Source: Patescibacteria group bacterium (GTDB lineage Bacteria; Patescibacteriota; Dojkabacteria; J137). Taken from it: a DNA stretch of 64,000 nt. The DNA lies in the NCBI GenBank assembly GCA_963169855.1, contig CAUJCN010000001.1:17828-81827 (forward strand), written 5' to 3'. Positions 8,344 through 18,579 of the stretch are shown here, in pieces. Each line of letters begins with the position of its first letter. The stretch's first letter is position 1. The position numbers and the translations under genes were made by a program. The notes beneath the pieces are model-generated. The model was not told where the DNA came from. It made no database searches and saw only the letters and a list, made by a program, of their open reading frames with translations.

Positions 8344-9132
8344 ATGGAAACACTAAAAATCATTTCTTGGAACGTGAACGGAATTAGAGCTGTATTAAAC
8401 AAAGGTTTTATTGACTTTGTTAAGAGAGAAAATCCAGATATAATTTGCTTACAAGAAACTAAAGCACAGCAAGGACAAGCCGAAATCGATTTGCCAGATT
8501 ATACTGAATACTGGAACTCAGCAGAAAGAAAAGGTTACTCGGGAACAGCAATTTTCACAAAAAAACCTGCTTTGTCTATTATTAACAACTTGGACATTAA
8601 ATTGGATTTAGCTGACACCTACGGAAATGCAAATGCAGAAGGAAGAGTTATTGCTGCTGAATTTGAAAAGTTCTATATAGTAACGGTTTACACGCCCAAT
8701 TCAAAAGGTGACCTTACAAGATTAGGCTTTAGAGATAAGCAATGGGATCCAGCATTTTTAAACCATGTTAAGGAACTTGAGAAGAAGAAACCAGTAATTT
8801 TCTGCGGCGATTTAAATGTTGCTCACGAGGCAATCGATTTAGCAAGACCTGAAGAAAACGAAGGCGAACATGGTTTTACCAAAGAAGAAAGAGAAGGTTT
8901 TAGCAAAATGCTGCAAAGCGGATTTGTTGATACTTTCAGAATGTTTAACAAAGAAGGTGGAAACTATTCGTGGTGGACAGCATGGGGAGGAGCTAGACAA
9001 CGAAACGTTGGATGGAGAATTGATTACTTCCTAGTGTCAGAATCTTTAAAAGATAATGTTAAATCGGCATCAATAATGCCAGAAGTTATGGGCTCTGATC
9101 ATTGCCCAGTTAGTATTACTATCGAAATATAA
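8344..9132 (+). CDS. xth: Exodeoxyribonuclease III / AP endonuclease
   Basis: SWNVNGIRA, LQETK, GDLNVAH, GWRIDY, GSDHCP motifs. Confidence 0.97.
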   Translation: METLKIISWNVNGIRAVLNKGFIDFVKRENPDIICLQETKAQQGQAEIDLPDYTEYWNSAERKGYSGTAIFTKKPALSIINNLDIKLDLADTYGNANAEGRVIAAEFEKFYIVTVYTPNSKGDLTRLGFRDKQWDPAFLNHVKELEKKKPVIFCGDLNVAHEAIDLARPEENEGEHGFTKEEREGFSKMLQSGFVDTFRMFNKEGGNYSWWTAWGGARQRNVGWRIDYFLVSESLKDNVKSASIMPEVMGSDHCPVSITIEI

Positions 9133-9770
9133 TGGAAATTGGTGAAATTGATTTTCTAAAAGTTACAGCATTTTCTGCAGCGGGTGGATTTTTACAGCTA
9201 CCTCAAGGTGAAACGGTTACTTTGCCTAAATTTGAGCAACTTGGTCCATTAGATATTGGAAAAGAATACTTAGTGATTCTTTATCAGGACAAGAGAACTT
9301 ATACAATCTACGCTTCCGAAAGAATTGACGATCATTTGATTGAATATGCAGATGATAGAGATTTTCATATTGAACAAGAAGTCGATGGTGTGGTTTACGA
9401 ATTCACAAAACTTGGGGCAAAGATTGCAATAAACAGAACTCATCGTGGATTTATTTTTGGAGAAGATATTCATCAAGAACTAGAACTCGGAGAGAAACTA
9501 AAGTTTTATATAAAAGAACTGCGAGAAGACGGACGCATTGGTTTAAAACTTCAACGCTCTGGGTACAAAGGGTTTATCGGAAATTCAACAGAACAAATTA
9601 TGAATGCATTAAGGGAAGCTAATGGTGAACTACCATTCAACGACAAAAGTTCTCCAGAATCAATTAATCAGAAATTTAAAATGAGCAAAAAGGTTTTCAA
9701 AGAATCTATTGGAAAACTTTATAAAGAAAGAAAACTTATTATTACAGATTCAGGAATTAAGCTTACTTAA
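9132..9770 (+). CDS. S1 RNA-binding domain protein (CvfB-like)
   Basis: S1-like repeats plus C-terminal LPFNDKSSPE.I...F.MSKK.FK..IG.LYK winged helix. Confidence 0.85.
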   Translation: MEIGEIDFLKVTAFSAAGGFLQLPQGETVTLPKFEQLGPLDIGKEYLVILYQDKRTYTIYASERIDDHLIEYADDRDFHIEQEVDGVVYEFTKLGAKIAINRTHRGFIFGEDIHQELELGEKLKFYIKELREDGRIGLKLQRSGYKGFIGNSTEQIMNALREANGELPFNDKSSPESINQKFKMSKKVFKESIGKLYKERKLIITDSGIKLT

Positions 9771-10351
9771 GCTTCTACTCCCAATCCAAAAACACTTTGA
9801 AGTGTAAATCGAACTGCTTCCTCAACCTCTTTTGCTATCAACAGCAATTCGATATCTGCGTAAATAGCATTTAGGTATTCCAAAGGAACATCTACATATT
9901 CTGCGTTGGATACACTCTCGAAAACTTCTAAATCATTATTGTCTCCGTTCCATTCTATTCTAGAAAGGAAAATCTTAAATTCCCTAGCAAATCTCTCTTC
10001 AGAATCAATTAACTCACCAACTTGGGTTTCTTGGGAATCCATTGCAAGTAGTTCGCTGAGTGGCATTTCATCTTTTACAGAACACATTTCAGTATAGTAT
10101 TTTGTTGTTCTTGACTGAATAGCCAAAGCTCTAGCAATTTGTAACACGTATTCACTCCAGATTTCTCCAGTAACATCGTTAGTCTTTCTGTTATGGAATA
10201 AATCACAGATATGTAGCCATTTTGTTAGGAATACTCCACTACACTCAGGAGAGGAAAGAAGTTCTGAAAGACACTTAGAAACAAAAAGTGTCGGAAGTTC
10301 AAAAGAAATTTCTATCTCTGATTTCAAACCTTTTTGAAAATCTTCTAACAT
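9767..10351 (-). CDS. Hypothetical protein
   Basis: 194-aa ORF, ATG start, convergent 4-nt overlap. Confidence 0.6.
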   Translation of the reverse strand: MLEDFQKGLKSEIEISFELPTLFVSKCLSELLSSPECSGVFLTKWLHICDLFHNRKTNDVTGEIWSEYVLQIARALAIQSRTTKYYTEMCSVKDEMPLSELLAMDSQETQVGELIDSEERFAREFKIFLSRIEWNGDNNDLEVFESVSNAEYVDVPLEYLNAIYADIELLLIAKEVEEAVRFTLQSVFGLGVEA

Positions 10352-10457
10352 ATTGTTTATTAATTACGGTGATTTTATCTTTTGGTAACAAAATTGTAAA
10401 TACAACTTGATAATACTTTTTTAATTTGTAATAATCCGAGAATTTAGAACAAATAAT

Positions 10458-11294
10458 ATGATGGCATTAAAAAATTTAGCTTCAAAGGTTGTAAATGGAT
10501 TAGCTTTAAACTACGCGTTGGCAAATCCCTTCTTCACGGAAACAGAACAACATTTCCATTTAAGACAAGATGAATTTGGTCGATTGAATTTAAATAACGA
10601 GGCAGTAACCATTGTTAAGGAAATTGCTGAATCTACCAATTTAAATAAGCTAAAGAGAAGACTTAGGACATTTTTAGGAGCTTTGAGTGATTCTTACATA
10701 AAGAACTACATCAAAGAAAGACATGCAAAAACTCCATTTTCTAGCACAATAGAAGAAGATGGAAACCCTGAAGGACTAACTCAAAAAGAGATGCAAAACC
10801 GAAGAGTAGACTGTAGAGAACTTGTAGAACTTGCAGTTCAATTTAGAATCATCGATAGCGAAATTGCAACTATAATCATTGAGTCTGGAATTCATTTAAG
10901 CACTTGCTTATTCGGAGATCACCTGACTTATGAATTTGCAGACTATCTACATTCTAAGAGTGCTAATATTTCCGATGAAGCATTGGCAAAATTTGTTTCT
11001 GAGTATATAACTGGAATGGGTAGTACTGAAATTCTAAAAGAGCAATACGCGTTTAGAGGTTTAAACAGATTTGTGGATTACATGTTAGAAAGAAAACCTG
11101 ATTTGTTAATGGATTTCGTCGGGCAATTAGAAGGAATTATCGAGAATCCTTTGGATACAACTTCGACACAGCAATGGAATGCAACACTAATTCTTTCTGG
11201 AATATTAGACAGATTAGAAAAGGATGCTCATCCAGAGTTAGCTGCCTATGTTAGAGCAGTTCTAGCAAAAGCTCCATCGATTTCGGAATTGTAA
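10458..11294 (+). CDS. Hypothetical protein
   Basis: 278-aa ORF, -10-like TAATAAT upstream. Confidence 0.65.
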   Translation: MMALKNLASKVVNGLALNYALANPFFTETEQHFHLRQDEFGRLNLNNEAVTIVKEIAESTNLNKLKRRLRTFLGALSDSYIKNYIKERHAKTPFSSTIEEDGNPEGLTQKEMQNRRVDCRELVELAVQFRIIDSEIATIIIESGIHLSTCLFGDHLTYEFADYLHSKSANISDEALAKFVSEYITGMGSTEILKEQYAFRGLNRFVDYMLERKPDLLMDFVGQLEGIIENPLDTTSTQQWNATLILSGILDRLEKDAHPELAAYVRAVLAKAPSISEL

Positions 11295-11343
11295 AATACT
11301 TCCACCAAGCAGAATAGCCCGATTCTTGTTATAATATCGGGCT

Positions 11344-12789
11344 ATGAACACAGAAACTATACTTAGATTCGACAATGTAAACTTCGGATATAAAAACAAG
11401 CCGATTCTTTCTGATGCCAGTTTCTCAATAAAAAAGAACTCTAAGACGACTATTATTGGTCAAAATGGTGCTGGCAAAAGTACGATCTTCAAACTAATCA
11501 CAAAGGTGTTAAAACCTGATTCTGGTAATATTTTCATGGATCAATATGCAACTGTTGGAATAGCTTTACAAATGATTCCTCACGAAAAACTCGACTTGAA
11601 CCTTAAAGAATTCTTTGAAACAGCTTTTGAAGAACCAAATTACGCAATTGATAAAAAAATTGCTCAGGTTATGGATGTAGTTAATTTAAAACTGGACTTG
11701 ACAAAGAAAGTTCGAGATCTGTCTGGAGGGCAAAAAGCAAGACTTTTATTGGCATTCGCAATCATCCAAGACCCGGATATTTTATTACTTGATGAACCTA
11801 CAAATAATTTAGACAGAGCTGGAATAGAACATCTAACAATGTTCCTTATAAATTATCCAAAAACATGTATTGTAATTTCCCACGATGCTGATTTCTTAAA
11901 TTCTTTCACTGACGGGGTTCTGAATTTAGACGTTCATACCAAGAAAGTTGAACAATATGTAGGAAACTACTACGACCTTTTAGAAAAAATCGAAGTTCAG
12001 TTAGAAAAAGATAGAATGCAGAATGCTCGAATGCAAAAAGCAATTTCCGATAACTACGAAAAAATTAACTTCTTCAAAAAGAAAAGTGCTCAGATGAATA
12101 AGATTGCTAAAAAACTTGAAGTAAAAGTTGAGGAAGCTCAAGACAATATGGTCGAAGCTCGGAAAGATGACAAGACAATTCCAGCATTTAAAATTGAAGA
12201 ACAACACGTTCCCAGAATAACTGCAGAACTAACCTCAGTTTCGTTTTTAAAGAATGGAGAACAAGTTTCTAAACCTGTTCAAATCAGATTAAGAAAAGGA
12301 GATCGACTTTTAATCGCAGGACCAAACGGAATTGGAAAAAGTACACTTTTGAAAGCAATGTTAGAAAGAAAAGCTGAAGGTACATTTATAGACGACGAAA
12401 CTAAGATCGGCTACTACAGTCAAGATTTCTCTGAACTGAATTTCGAAGATACCGTTCAAAAAGCATTACTTGATGTGATGGAGGATAAGAATATGAAGGA
12501 TCTTTACGCAACAGCTGCAAGATTCTTAATTACTCCAGACATGATGCAAAATCAAATTGGAACATTATCCGAAGGGCAGAAAGGTTTACTGTGTTATGCA
12601 AGGTTTGTTCTTCAAAAACCTGGAATTTTAATTATGGATGAACCTACAAACCACATCAACTTTAGACACTTGCCCGTTATCGCTCAAGCACTTGTTGATT
12701 ACCAAGGAGCAATGATTATAATCTCACACGACGAAGGATTCGTAAGACAACTTGGCATTGAAGAAATTCTAGACTTAGGTAGAATGTAA
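11344..12789 (+). CDS. ABC-F family ATPase
   Basis: Two NBDs (GQNGAGKS/LSGGQ/LLLDEPTN and GPNGIGKS/LSEGQ/MDEPTN), no TM domain. Confidence 0.92.
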   Translation: MNTETILRFDNVNFGYKNKPILSDASFSIKKNSKTTIIGQNGAGKSTIFKLITKVLKPDSGNIFMDQYATVGIALQMIPHEKLDLNLKEFFETAFEEPNYAIDKKIAQVMDVVNLKLDLTKKVRDLSGGQKARLLLAFAIIQDPDILLLDEPTNNLDRAGIEHLTMFLINYPKTCIVISHDADFLNSFTDGVLNLDVHTKKVEQYVGNYYDLLEKIEVQLEKDRMQNARMQKAISDNYEKINFFKKKSAQMNKIAKKLEVKVEEAQDNMVEARKDDKTIPAFKIEEQHVPRITAELTSVSFLKNGEQVSKPVQIRLRKGDRLLIAGPNGIGKSTLLKAMLERKAEGTFIDDETKIGYYSQDFSELNFEDTVQKALLDVMEDKNMKDLYATAARFLITPDMMQNQIGTLSEGQKGLLCYARFVLQKPGILIMDEPTNHINFRHLPVIAQALVDYQGAMIIISHDEGFVRQLGIEEILDLGRM

Positions 12790-12805
12790 TTGTTAACTCA
12801 GTTAC

Positions 12806-13420
12806 ATGCCAAAAATAGACTTTAAGAAAACACTTCCATCTTACAAAGCTAAGAAAGGTAAATTCGAAATTATCGTAATTCCTAAACTTCAATATTTAAT
12901 GATAGATGGTACAGGCGATCCGAATACTTCAACAGAATTTAAGGATGCGATTGAAACTCTTTTTCCCGTTGCTTACAAACTAAAATTCTTCAGTAAAATT
13001 GAACTAAATAGAGACTACACTGTTGGACCATTAGAAGGACTTTGGTGGGCAGACGACATGAGTAAATTTACTTCGGACAGAGATAAATCAAAATGGAACT
13101 GGACAGCCATGATAATTACTCCAGATTGGATTACTAAAAAGATGTTTGTAGACGTTTTAGAAAAACTTAAAGAAAAGCATTTGAAATCAGTTTCCAAAAT
13201 TAGGCTCGAAACCTTAGATGAAAGGCTTGCAGTGCAGACATTACACATAGGGTCATTCGATAATGAAGGAGAAATTTTAGAAGAAATGCATAGTAAATTC
13301 ATTCCGGCAAATAATCTTAAAATGACAGGAAAACACCACGAAATCTATTTGAGTGATTTTAGAAAGGTTAGAGCTGACAAACTCCGCACAATTCTTAGAC
13401 AGCCTGTTGCCAAAATATAG
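12806..13420 (+). CDS. GyrI-like small-molecule binding protein
   Basis: YLMIDG.GDPN, PLEGLWW, HIGSFD.E, GKHHEIYLSD.R motifs. Confidence 0.9.
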   Translation: MPKIDFKKTLPSYKAKKGKFEIIVIPKLQYLMIDGTGDPNTSTEFKDAIETLFPVAYKLKFFSKIELNRDYTVGPLEGLWWADDMSKFTSDRDKSKWNWTAMIITPDWITKKMFVDVLEKLKEKHLKSVSKIRLETLDERLAVQTLHIGSFDNEGEILEEMHSKFIPANNLKMTGKHHEIYLSDFRKVRADKLRTILRQPVAKI

Positions 13421-13474
13421 AGACTTCCCCTTCCATTTTCGTATATAAATAAGATATAATCCCGTAGCTTTTTT

Positions 13475-14080
13475 ATGAATATGGACCAACCAATTAGAGG
13501 ACAAGATGCAAATTTAGATGAAAGAATTAAAGGGATATTTGGTGAGTTCGCTATTTTTCAGCAAGATTTGCCATTTCATGCAGAAGCTCTAGCTCAAGTT
13601 ACGGTAATTGCATTCAATAATTGTGTTCACTGGCTTAGAACTCCAGAGAATATTACTAACCAAGAAGTCAATGCCTTAGCTGGTATGATGTGGACTCTTA
13701 TAGAGAAGAAGATCGTAGCTACAGCCATGCACAATGGAGTCCCTCACTTAACTTTTGCAGTTATTGAGAACAGAACTAATGGAGTACAAACTCCAGTACT
13801 TCTAATTCCACCTAATTTTGTAAAGCAAGTACAAACAAATCCGCTAAAGGAACTTGGATCTTTTGTATTCTACTCACGTCAAATTGCAGGATTTATTAGA
13901 GATGAAATAGATGGGTCTGAGGAAAAAAGAAAAGAGTTGGAGATTGAGAGCTACAAGCTTGAAGCTTCGTTTTTAGAAAGTGTTTTTCAACAGTATCCAG
14001 CAGTTGAGCCGAGTGAATACCACCAAAAAGTGATGGCTTTTGGACGAGGTGAGATTACTTATGATGAATTTCGATCATGA
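13475..14080 (+). CDS. Hypothetical protein
   Basis: 201-aa ORF after TATAAT; ATGA overlap with the next gene. Confidence 0.65.
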   Translation: MNMDQPIRGQDANLDERIKGIFGEFAIFQQDLPFHAEALAQVTVIAFNNCVHWLRTPENITNQEVNALAGMMWTLIEKKIVATAMHNGVPHLTFAVIENRTNGVQTPVLLIPPNFVKQVQTNPLKELGSFVFYSRQIAGFIRDEIDGSEEKRKELEIESYKLEASFLESVFQQYPAVEPSEYHQKVMAFGRGEITYDEFRS

Positions 14081-14532
14081 GTTTTGCAACCGGACACGAC
14101 GAAACAGATTTTGTTGGAGATAACAAAAAAATTAACTCCATGCTAAAACAGTGTGTGGGCGAAATTGCTATCCAAACAGGAATAGTTATTCCACTTAGTA
14201 AATTCAAAGGATTTTTAGATACAAAAAGTACAGAACTTGCAAATTTCCATTGTGATCTTTTAGATTACCCATTGCGTGAGTTAAAGGAAACTTATTACAT
14301 CACTAAAGTCAGCGGTTCTGAGAACGCTTTCAGTATGATCTTAATCGACACAGACGACCAAACTTATCAATGCGAATTTACTTTTAAAAGAGTAAAAGGT
14401 GAAGCTATAGTAGATGTTTATAAAAGCGAAGAAATCACAAGATACGAAACTGCAGATGGAGAGATTCTTTTGCGTGAATATTATTGCGATGGGAAATCAG
14501 AGTTCTCTATCATAGAAGCCAGAGAATTATAG
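14077..14532 (+). CDS. Hypothetical protein, orphan paralog family member 1
   Basis: Shares IxxQTGxxIxL and KSEEITRYxTxD motifs with 20189-20677 and, more loosely, 21047-21544. Confidence 0.7.
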   Translation: MSFATGHDETDFVGDNKKINSMLKQCVGEIAIQTGIVIPLSKFKGFLDTKSTELANFHCDLLDYPLRELKETYYITKVSGSENAFSMILIDTDDQTYQCEFTFKRVKGEAIVDVYKSEEITRYETADGEILLREYYCDGKSEFSIIEAREL

Positions 14533-16647
14533 CTTTATAAAAATCTTTATATCTACTGAAACTGCTTTGTCTTTAGTTAACATTAAAGGATTAATGTCCA
14601 TTGAAGAAATTTCTGGGTAAAGTAAAACTAGTTTCTGTACAGATTCAATCGTGTCTAACAGTTTATCTTCAGCAAGTTTGTCTTTTCCTCTAGCACCTTC
14701 AATAATTTTATAAACTTTTGTGGATTTTAATTTTTTGAAAATTTCATCAATTGAGGCTGGAACCAAACTGTAAACGATGTCTTTATAAACTTCTGTATAA
14801 ATACCTCCTTTTCCAAAAGCTATCAAATGACCAAAACCTCCTTCAGAGGAATCGTAAACTTTGCTACTACCATCTCTTTTTACACCAACGAAGATTTCTT
14901 CATCAGCTTTTAGTTGTTCTTGAACCAAAATTTTTGGATGTTTCGATTGTAAAGAAACAAGTGAATACAATTTGATGTAAGATTCAACTAAATCATAGTT
15001 ACTATTTATATTCAGGTAAAGTGCTTTTTGATCTGTCTTATGAACAATGGCACCTGTAGGAGCTTTGATTACCACTGGATATAAATCTTGAGCAAATGCT
15101 ACTGCCTCTTCACTATGTTCGGTAAGTTTTTGTTTTGGAATAACAATTCCAACTTCCTCCGCAAGCTTCGCTACTAAATTTTCATCGAGTGCTTTATCAG
15201 AATCTGTAACTAAAGACTGTATTTCACTTCTATATTTCCCTTTGCCTAGTAAATTTGAAATTTTTACGGAACGTCTAGATTCTTCATTATTTTTCAGGTG
15301 AGCAGAGTAGTTGTACAAAGCAGCTAACGTTTCTATTGCGCTACTGATATCTTTGTAAGCTGGAACTTTATTATCGTAGAATCTTTTTAGTGCATAAGAA
15401 ACATATCTTCCTCCGAGAAAAACTGGAATAATTGGTTTATCTGAAACTTTAAAGTTATTGATAACAATCTTTGCCGTTTCTTCAACTTCAGTGACCAACT
15501 GTGGAGTAAGAATCACGATTATTGCATCTAAATTTTCATCTTGAACCATTATTTCCAATGCAGATTTATATCTTTCTGAATCAGCATCTCCAATCACATC
15601 AACAGGATTATGTATATTTGAATTCTCTGGAAGATTCTCTTTCAATTGTTTTTGAATATCATCAGATAAGACATTCAACTCAAAATTATTTTTTATTATA
15701 AAATCAGTTGCAATTATTCCTGGCCCACCAGCGTTTGTTAGTAGTCCAACTCTTTTTCCTTTTGGAAGTTTTGACCAGGCAAACCCTTGCAGATAATTAA
15801 ACATTGAGTCGATATCTTTTGCTACAGTAATTCCTGATTGCTGCATTGCAGTTTCAAAAACCTCAATCGATCCAGCTAATGACCCTGTGTGAGAAGCTAT
15901 TGCCAACTGACTTTCTTCGGATTCACCAGGTTTAAAAATAACTAAAGGTTTTTTAGTTTTCGATTCATTGTAAATTTTTGCGAGATCATGACCCGAATGT
16001 ACATCTTCTAAATAAGCTCCTATAACTGAAACATTATCATCTGCCAACCACTCTGTAACGAAATCGTTTTCATTTAAATCAGATTTGTTTCCAATCGAAA
16101 CCAAATGAGAAAAGCCTAAATTACTATCTAGAGACATATCCAACATAGCTGTGCAGAAAGCACCTGATTGCGATAAAAAAGCAATATTACCTTCGATTGC
16201 ATTAGTTGCTGCAAAAGAGAGGTTCACTTTGTTTTTTGTATCCATCGAGCCTAAACAGTTTGGACCTAGAATTCTAATATTGTATTTTGCTGCTGTATCT
16301 AGAATCTGTTCCTCAAGTTTTTTACCTTCTTCACCAGTTTCGCCAAACCCAGCTGTAATAATTACTGCTCCTTGTACTTTCTTCTTTCCTGCATCTTCAA
16401 GAACATCATTAACAAATTTTGGAGGGACAACTATGCAAACAACATCAACATCTTCTGGAATGTCGCTAACCTTGGCATAACATTTATGTTTGAAAATATC
16501 TGTGTACTTTGGGTTTACAGGAAAAAGTTTACCTGAGTAACCTGCACTTATCATATTTGTAAAAACAACAGAACCAAGTTTAGTCGGATCGGAAGAAACT
16601 CCTACAACAGCTACAGATTTTGGATTAAACAAAAAGTCGAAATTCAT
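14527..16647 (-). CDS. Acetate--CoA ligase (ADP-forming), fused alpha/beta
   Basis: CoA-binding N-terminus, GPNCLG, SQSGA, SHTGSLAG phospho-His, NPVD, HKTD and C-terminal ATP-grasp DINPL; no acetyltransferase domain. Confidence 0.9.
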   Translation of the reverse strand: MNFDFLFNPKSVAVVGVSSDPTKLGSVVFTNMISAGYSGKLFPVNPKYTDIFKHKCYAKVSDIPEDVDVVCIVVPPKFVNDVLEDAGKKKVQGAVIITAGFGETGEEGKKLEEQILDTAAKYNIRILGPNCLGSMDTKNKVNLSFAATNAIEGNIAFLSQSGAFCTAMLDMSLDSNLGFSHLVSIGNKSDLNENDFVTEWLADDNVSVIGAYLEDVHSGHDLAKIYNESKTKKPLVIFKPGESEESQLAIASHTGSLAGSIEVFETAMQQSGITVAKDIDSMFNYLQGFAWSKLPKGKRVGLLTNAGGPGIIATDFIIKNNFELNVLSDDIQKQLKENLPENSNIHNPVDVIGDADSERYKSALEIMVQDENLDAIIVILTPQLVTEVEETAKIVINNFKVSDKPIIPVFLGGRYVSYALKRFYDNKVPAYKDISSAIETLAALYNYSAHLKNNEESRRSVKISNLLGKGKYRSEIQSLVTDSDKALDENLVAKLAEEVGIVIPKQKLTEHSEEAVAFAQDLYPVVIKAPTGAIVHKTDQKALYLNINSNYDLVESYIKLYSLVSLQSKHPKILVQEQLKADEEIFVGVKRDGSSKVYDSSEGGFGHLIAFGKGGIYTEVYKDIVYSLVPASIDEIFKKLKSTKVYKIIEGARGKDKLAEDKLLDTIESVQKLVLLYPEISSMDINPLMLTKDKAVSVDIKIFIKL

Positions 16648-16664
16648 ACTAATATTGTACAGTA

Positions 16665-16818
16665 GTTAAAGATTGATAGAAAGCCAGGAGATCTAGGTTT
16701 GGATGCTAAGTAGTAGGTTTAAGGTTCAGGTACTAGTTTGATGCTCTATATCTTAATCTTATTCCTGCTTAGAACCACAAGCCCTAAACCTTTATACCTT
16801 TAATCTTTTATCTTTAAC
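16665..16818. repeat. Long imperfect inverted repeat between divergent genes
   Basis: GTTAAAGAT/ATCTTTAAC termini; AGGTTTGG/CTAAACCT and CTAAGTAG/CTGCTTAG inner arms. Confidence 0.55.
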
Positions 16819-16894
16819 GCAGGAAATGGTAAAATAATATAGGGTCCTAATTAATAAGTACTTATTAAAACATATTACTTGTTACTTTCTTCTT

Positions 16895-17140
16895 ATGGGA
16901 CTAATAGTTTCACTTATTGTAGGTTTAATAGCAGGAGCACTCGCGGGTCAGTTTGTTAAAGGCAGAGGTTTCGGCTTAGTTGGTGACACCTTAATTGGTT
17001 TTGTCGGAGGTTTAGTCGGAGGATTAGTTTTCGGTCTTCTTGGACTTGAATCTAGCGGAGGAATTATTGGTTCAATTGTAGTTTCATTTGTTGGAGCAGT
17101 TATATTCCTTGCAATTACTAAATCGTTTGTCAAAGCTTAA
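16895..17140 (+). CDS. GlsB/YeaQ/YmgE (transglycosylase-associated) membrane protein
   Basis: 81 aa Gly-rich hydrophobic pattern IVGLIAG.LA....G.G.G....G.VG..VGG. Confidence 0.9.
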   Translation: MGLIVSLIVGLIAGALAGQFVKGRGFGLVGDTLIGFVGGLVGGLVFGLLGLESSGGIIGSIVVSFVGAVIFLAITKSFVKA

Positions 17141-17160
17141 TATTTTTTAAAACTAAGATT

Positions 17161-17580
17161 ATGGCAAAGAAACAACAAAATAATAATATTCTAGGAAAAG
17201 TTGCTGCAGGTGCTGCAATTGTTGGCGCTGGAGCGTTGGCAGCAAAAGTTTTATCGGATGAAGATAACAGAAAGAAAATAGGAAGTGCTTTAAATGATGC
17301 TAAAGAGAAAGGACAGGAAATCGTGGAAAACGTAAAAGATCGATTTACAGAATCCATAGAAACACTAAGAGCAGAATACGATGATCTCGTAGAGAAGATT
17401 GAGTCAAAGGTTGAAGATGCGAAGAATAGCAAACATTATAAAGATCTCCAGGCAAATGCTAAAAAGTTAGGAAAGAACTTTGATGACTTTAAAGACGGTG
17501 CCGAAGATAAAGGAAAAGAAGCTTTCGAGGAATTAAAAACAAAGATCTTAGAGTTAAGAGAAAGTCTTGAAGCAGCCTAA
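17161..17580 (+). CDS. YtxH-like stress protein
   Basis: N-terminal Ala/Gly hydrophobic helix then K/E-rich helical tail. Confidence 0.6.
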   Translation: MAKKQQNNNILGKVAAGAAIVGAGALAAKVLSDEDNRKKIGSALNDAKEKGQEIVENVKDRFTESIETLRAEYDDLVEKIESKVEDAKNSKHYKDLQANAKKLGKNFDDFKDGAEDKGKEAFEELKTKILELRESLEAA

Positions 17581-17593
17581 ATTCGAATTCTGT

Positions 17594-17617
17594 GAATACC
17601 ACCTTCGAGTGGTATTC
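17594..17617 (+). terminator. Terminator-like hairpin
   Basis: GAATACCAC-CTTCGA-GTGGTATTC. Confidence 0.7.
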
Positions 17618-17643
17618 TTATGGAATTATAGTAAAATCACTAC

Positions 17644-18579
17644 ATGGACGACAGAATACTGGCTCTTTTAAGGAGAGTTCTTCAAAAAGTTGAATCAAAT
17701 TTAAAATTCACTAAAGTAACCAATAGTGACTCTACGAATGTTTACAAAATCATTAATGGAAAAGATATTTTGTACCTTCGAATTATGAAAGATAAAAAGG
17801 AAATGGTTTCTCCTCAGGTTTTTGCTCATGAAGAACTGCTTAAAGCTGGAGTAAAAGTTCCTAGATTCGTTTCTTGGGACGATGATAATGCAACTCTTGG
17901 AGGTTCCTATATGATTGTTAAAGAAATCCCAGGAATGTCTTTAGCTGATCTCAAAGAAAAAAACAGAGAGGAGTACGACAATTGTTTAGCAGATGTGCTT
18001 GAGGAAGTAGGAGAAGATATTGCTAGAACAACTTTCATAGAAACAAAAAAGTACGGTTGGATTAAACGAGAAAAAAGGAAAGCCAAAGAACTTATCGGCG
18101 AGATAGATTTTTACAAAGATTTTCTTTTTGGAAACTTTAATAAAAAAGTTTCTGATCTCGAAAAATTAGGATTCGAAACTTTCTCAGAAAACGATCTAGA
18201 TAAATTTAAAATGCTGACGTATAAATACATAGATGAAGTCGAACCAAATTTGTGCCACGGAGATTTCAATATGAATCATATCTACGTTAACAACGGCCGA
18301 TACTCAGGAATAATTGATTGGGGCGATATTAGATCAGCAAGTAACATATACGATCTTGCACACTTCACAGCATTTCATCCAAAAAACGAAATTCAAATCA
18401 GAAGTGGTTACGAAAGGTATATAAAAATTGATGATGAATTTGAAATGCAACTGTTATTAACAAGATTGGGAATTAGTGTAAACAAACTTTGGTGGATATC
18501 GAAAAACATTCCTGAGCGTTTTGCAGATCACAAATTAAAAGATTCAATTTTGAATGACATTCAAATACTCAAGAATTAA
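17644..18579 (+). CDS. Aminoglycoside phosphotransferase family protein
   Basis: LCHGDFNMNHI and GIIDWGD..YDLA motifs. Confidence 0.9.
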   Translation: MDDRILALLRRVLQKVESNLKFTKVTNSDSTNVYKIINGKDILYLRIMKDKKEMVSPQVFAHEELLKAGVKVPRFVSWDDDNATLGGSYMIVKEIPGMSLADLKEKNREEYDNCLADVLEEVGEDIARTTFIETKKYGWIKREKRKAKELIGEIDFYKDFLFGNFNKKVSDLEKLGFETFSENDLDKFKMLTYKYIDEVEPNLCHGDFNMNHIYVNNGRYSGIIDWGDIRSASNIYDLAHFTAFHPKNEIQIRSGYERYIKIDDEFEMQLLLTRLGISVNKLWWISKNIPERFADHKLKDSILNDIQILKN

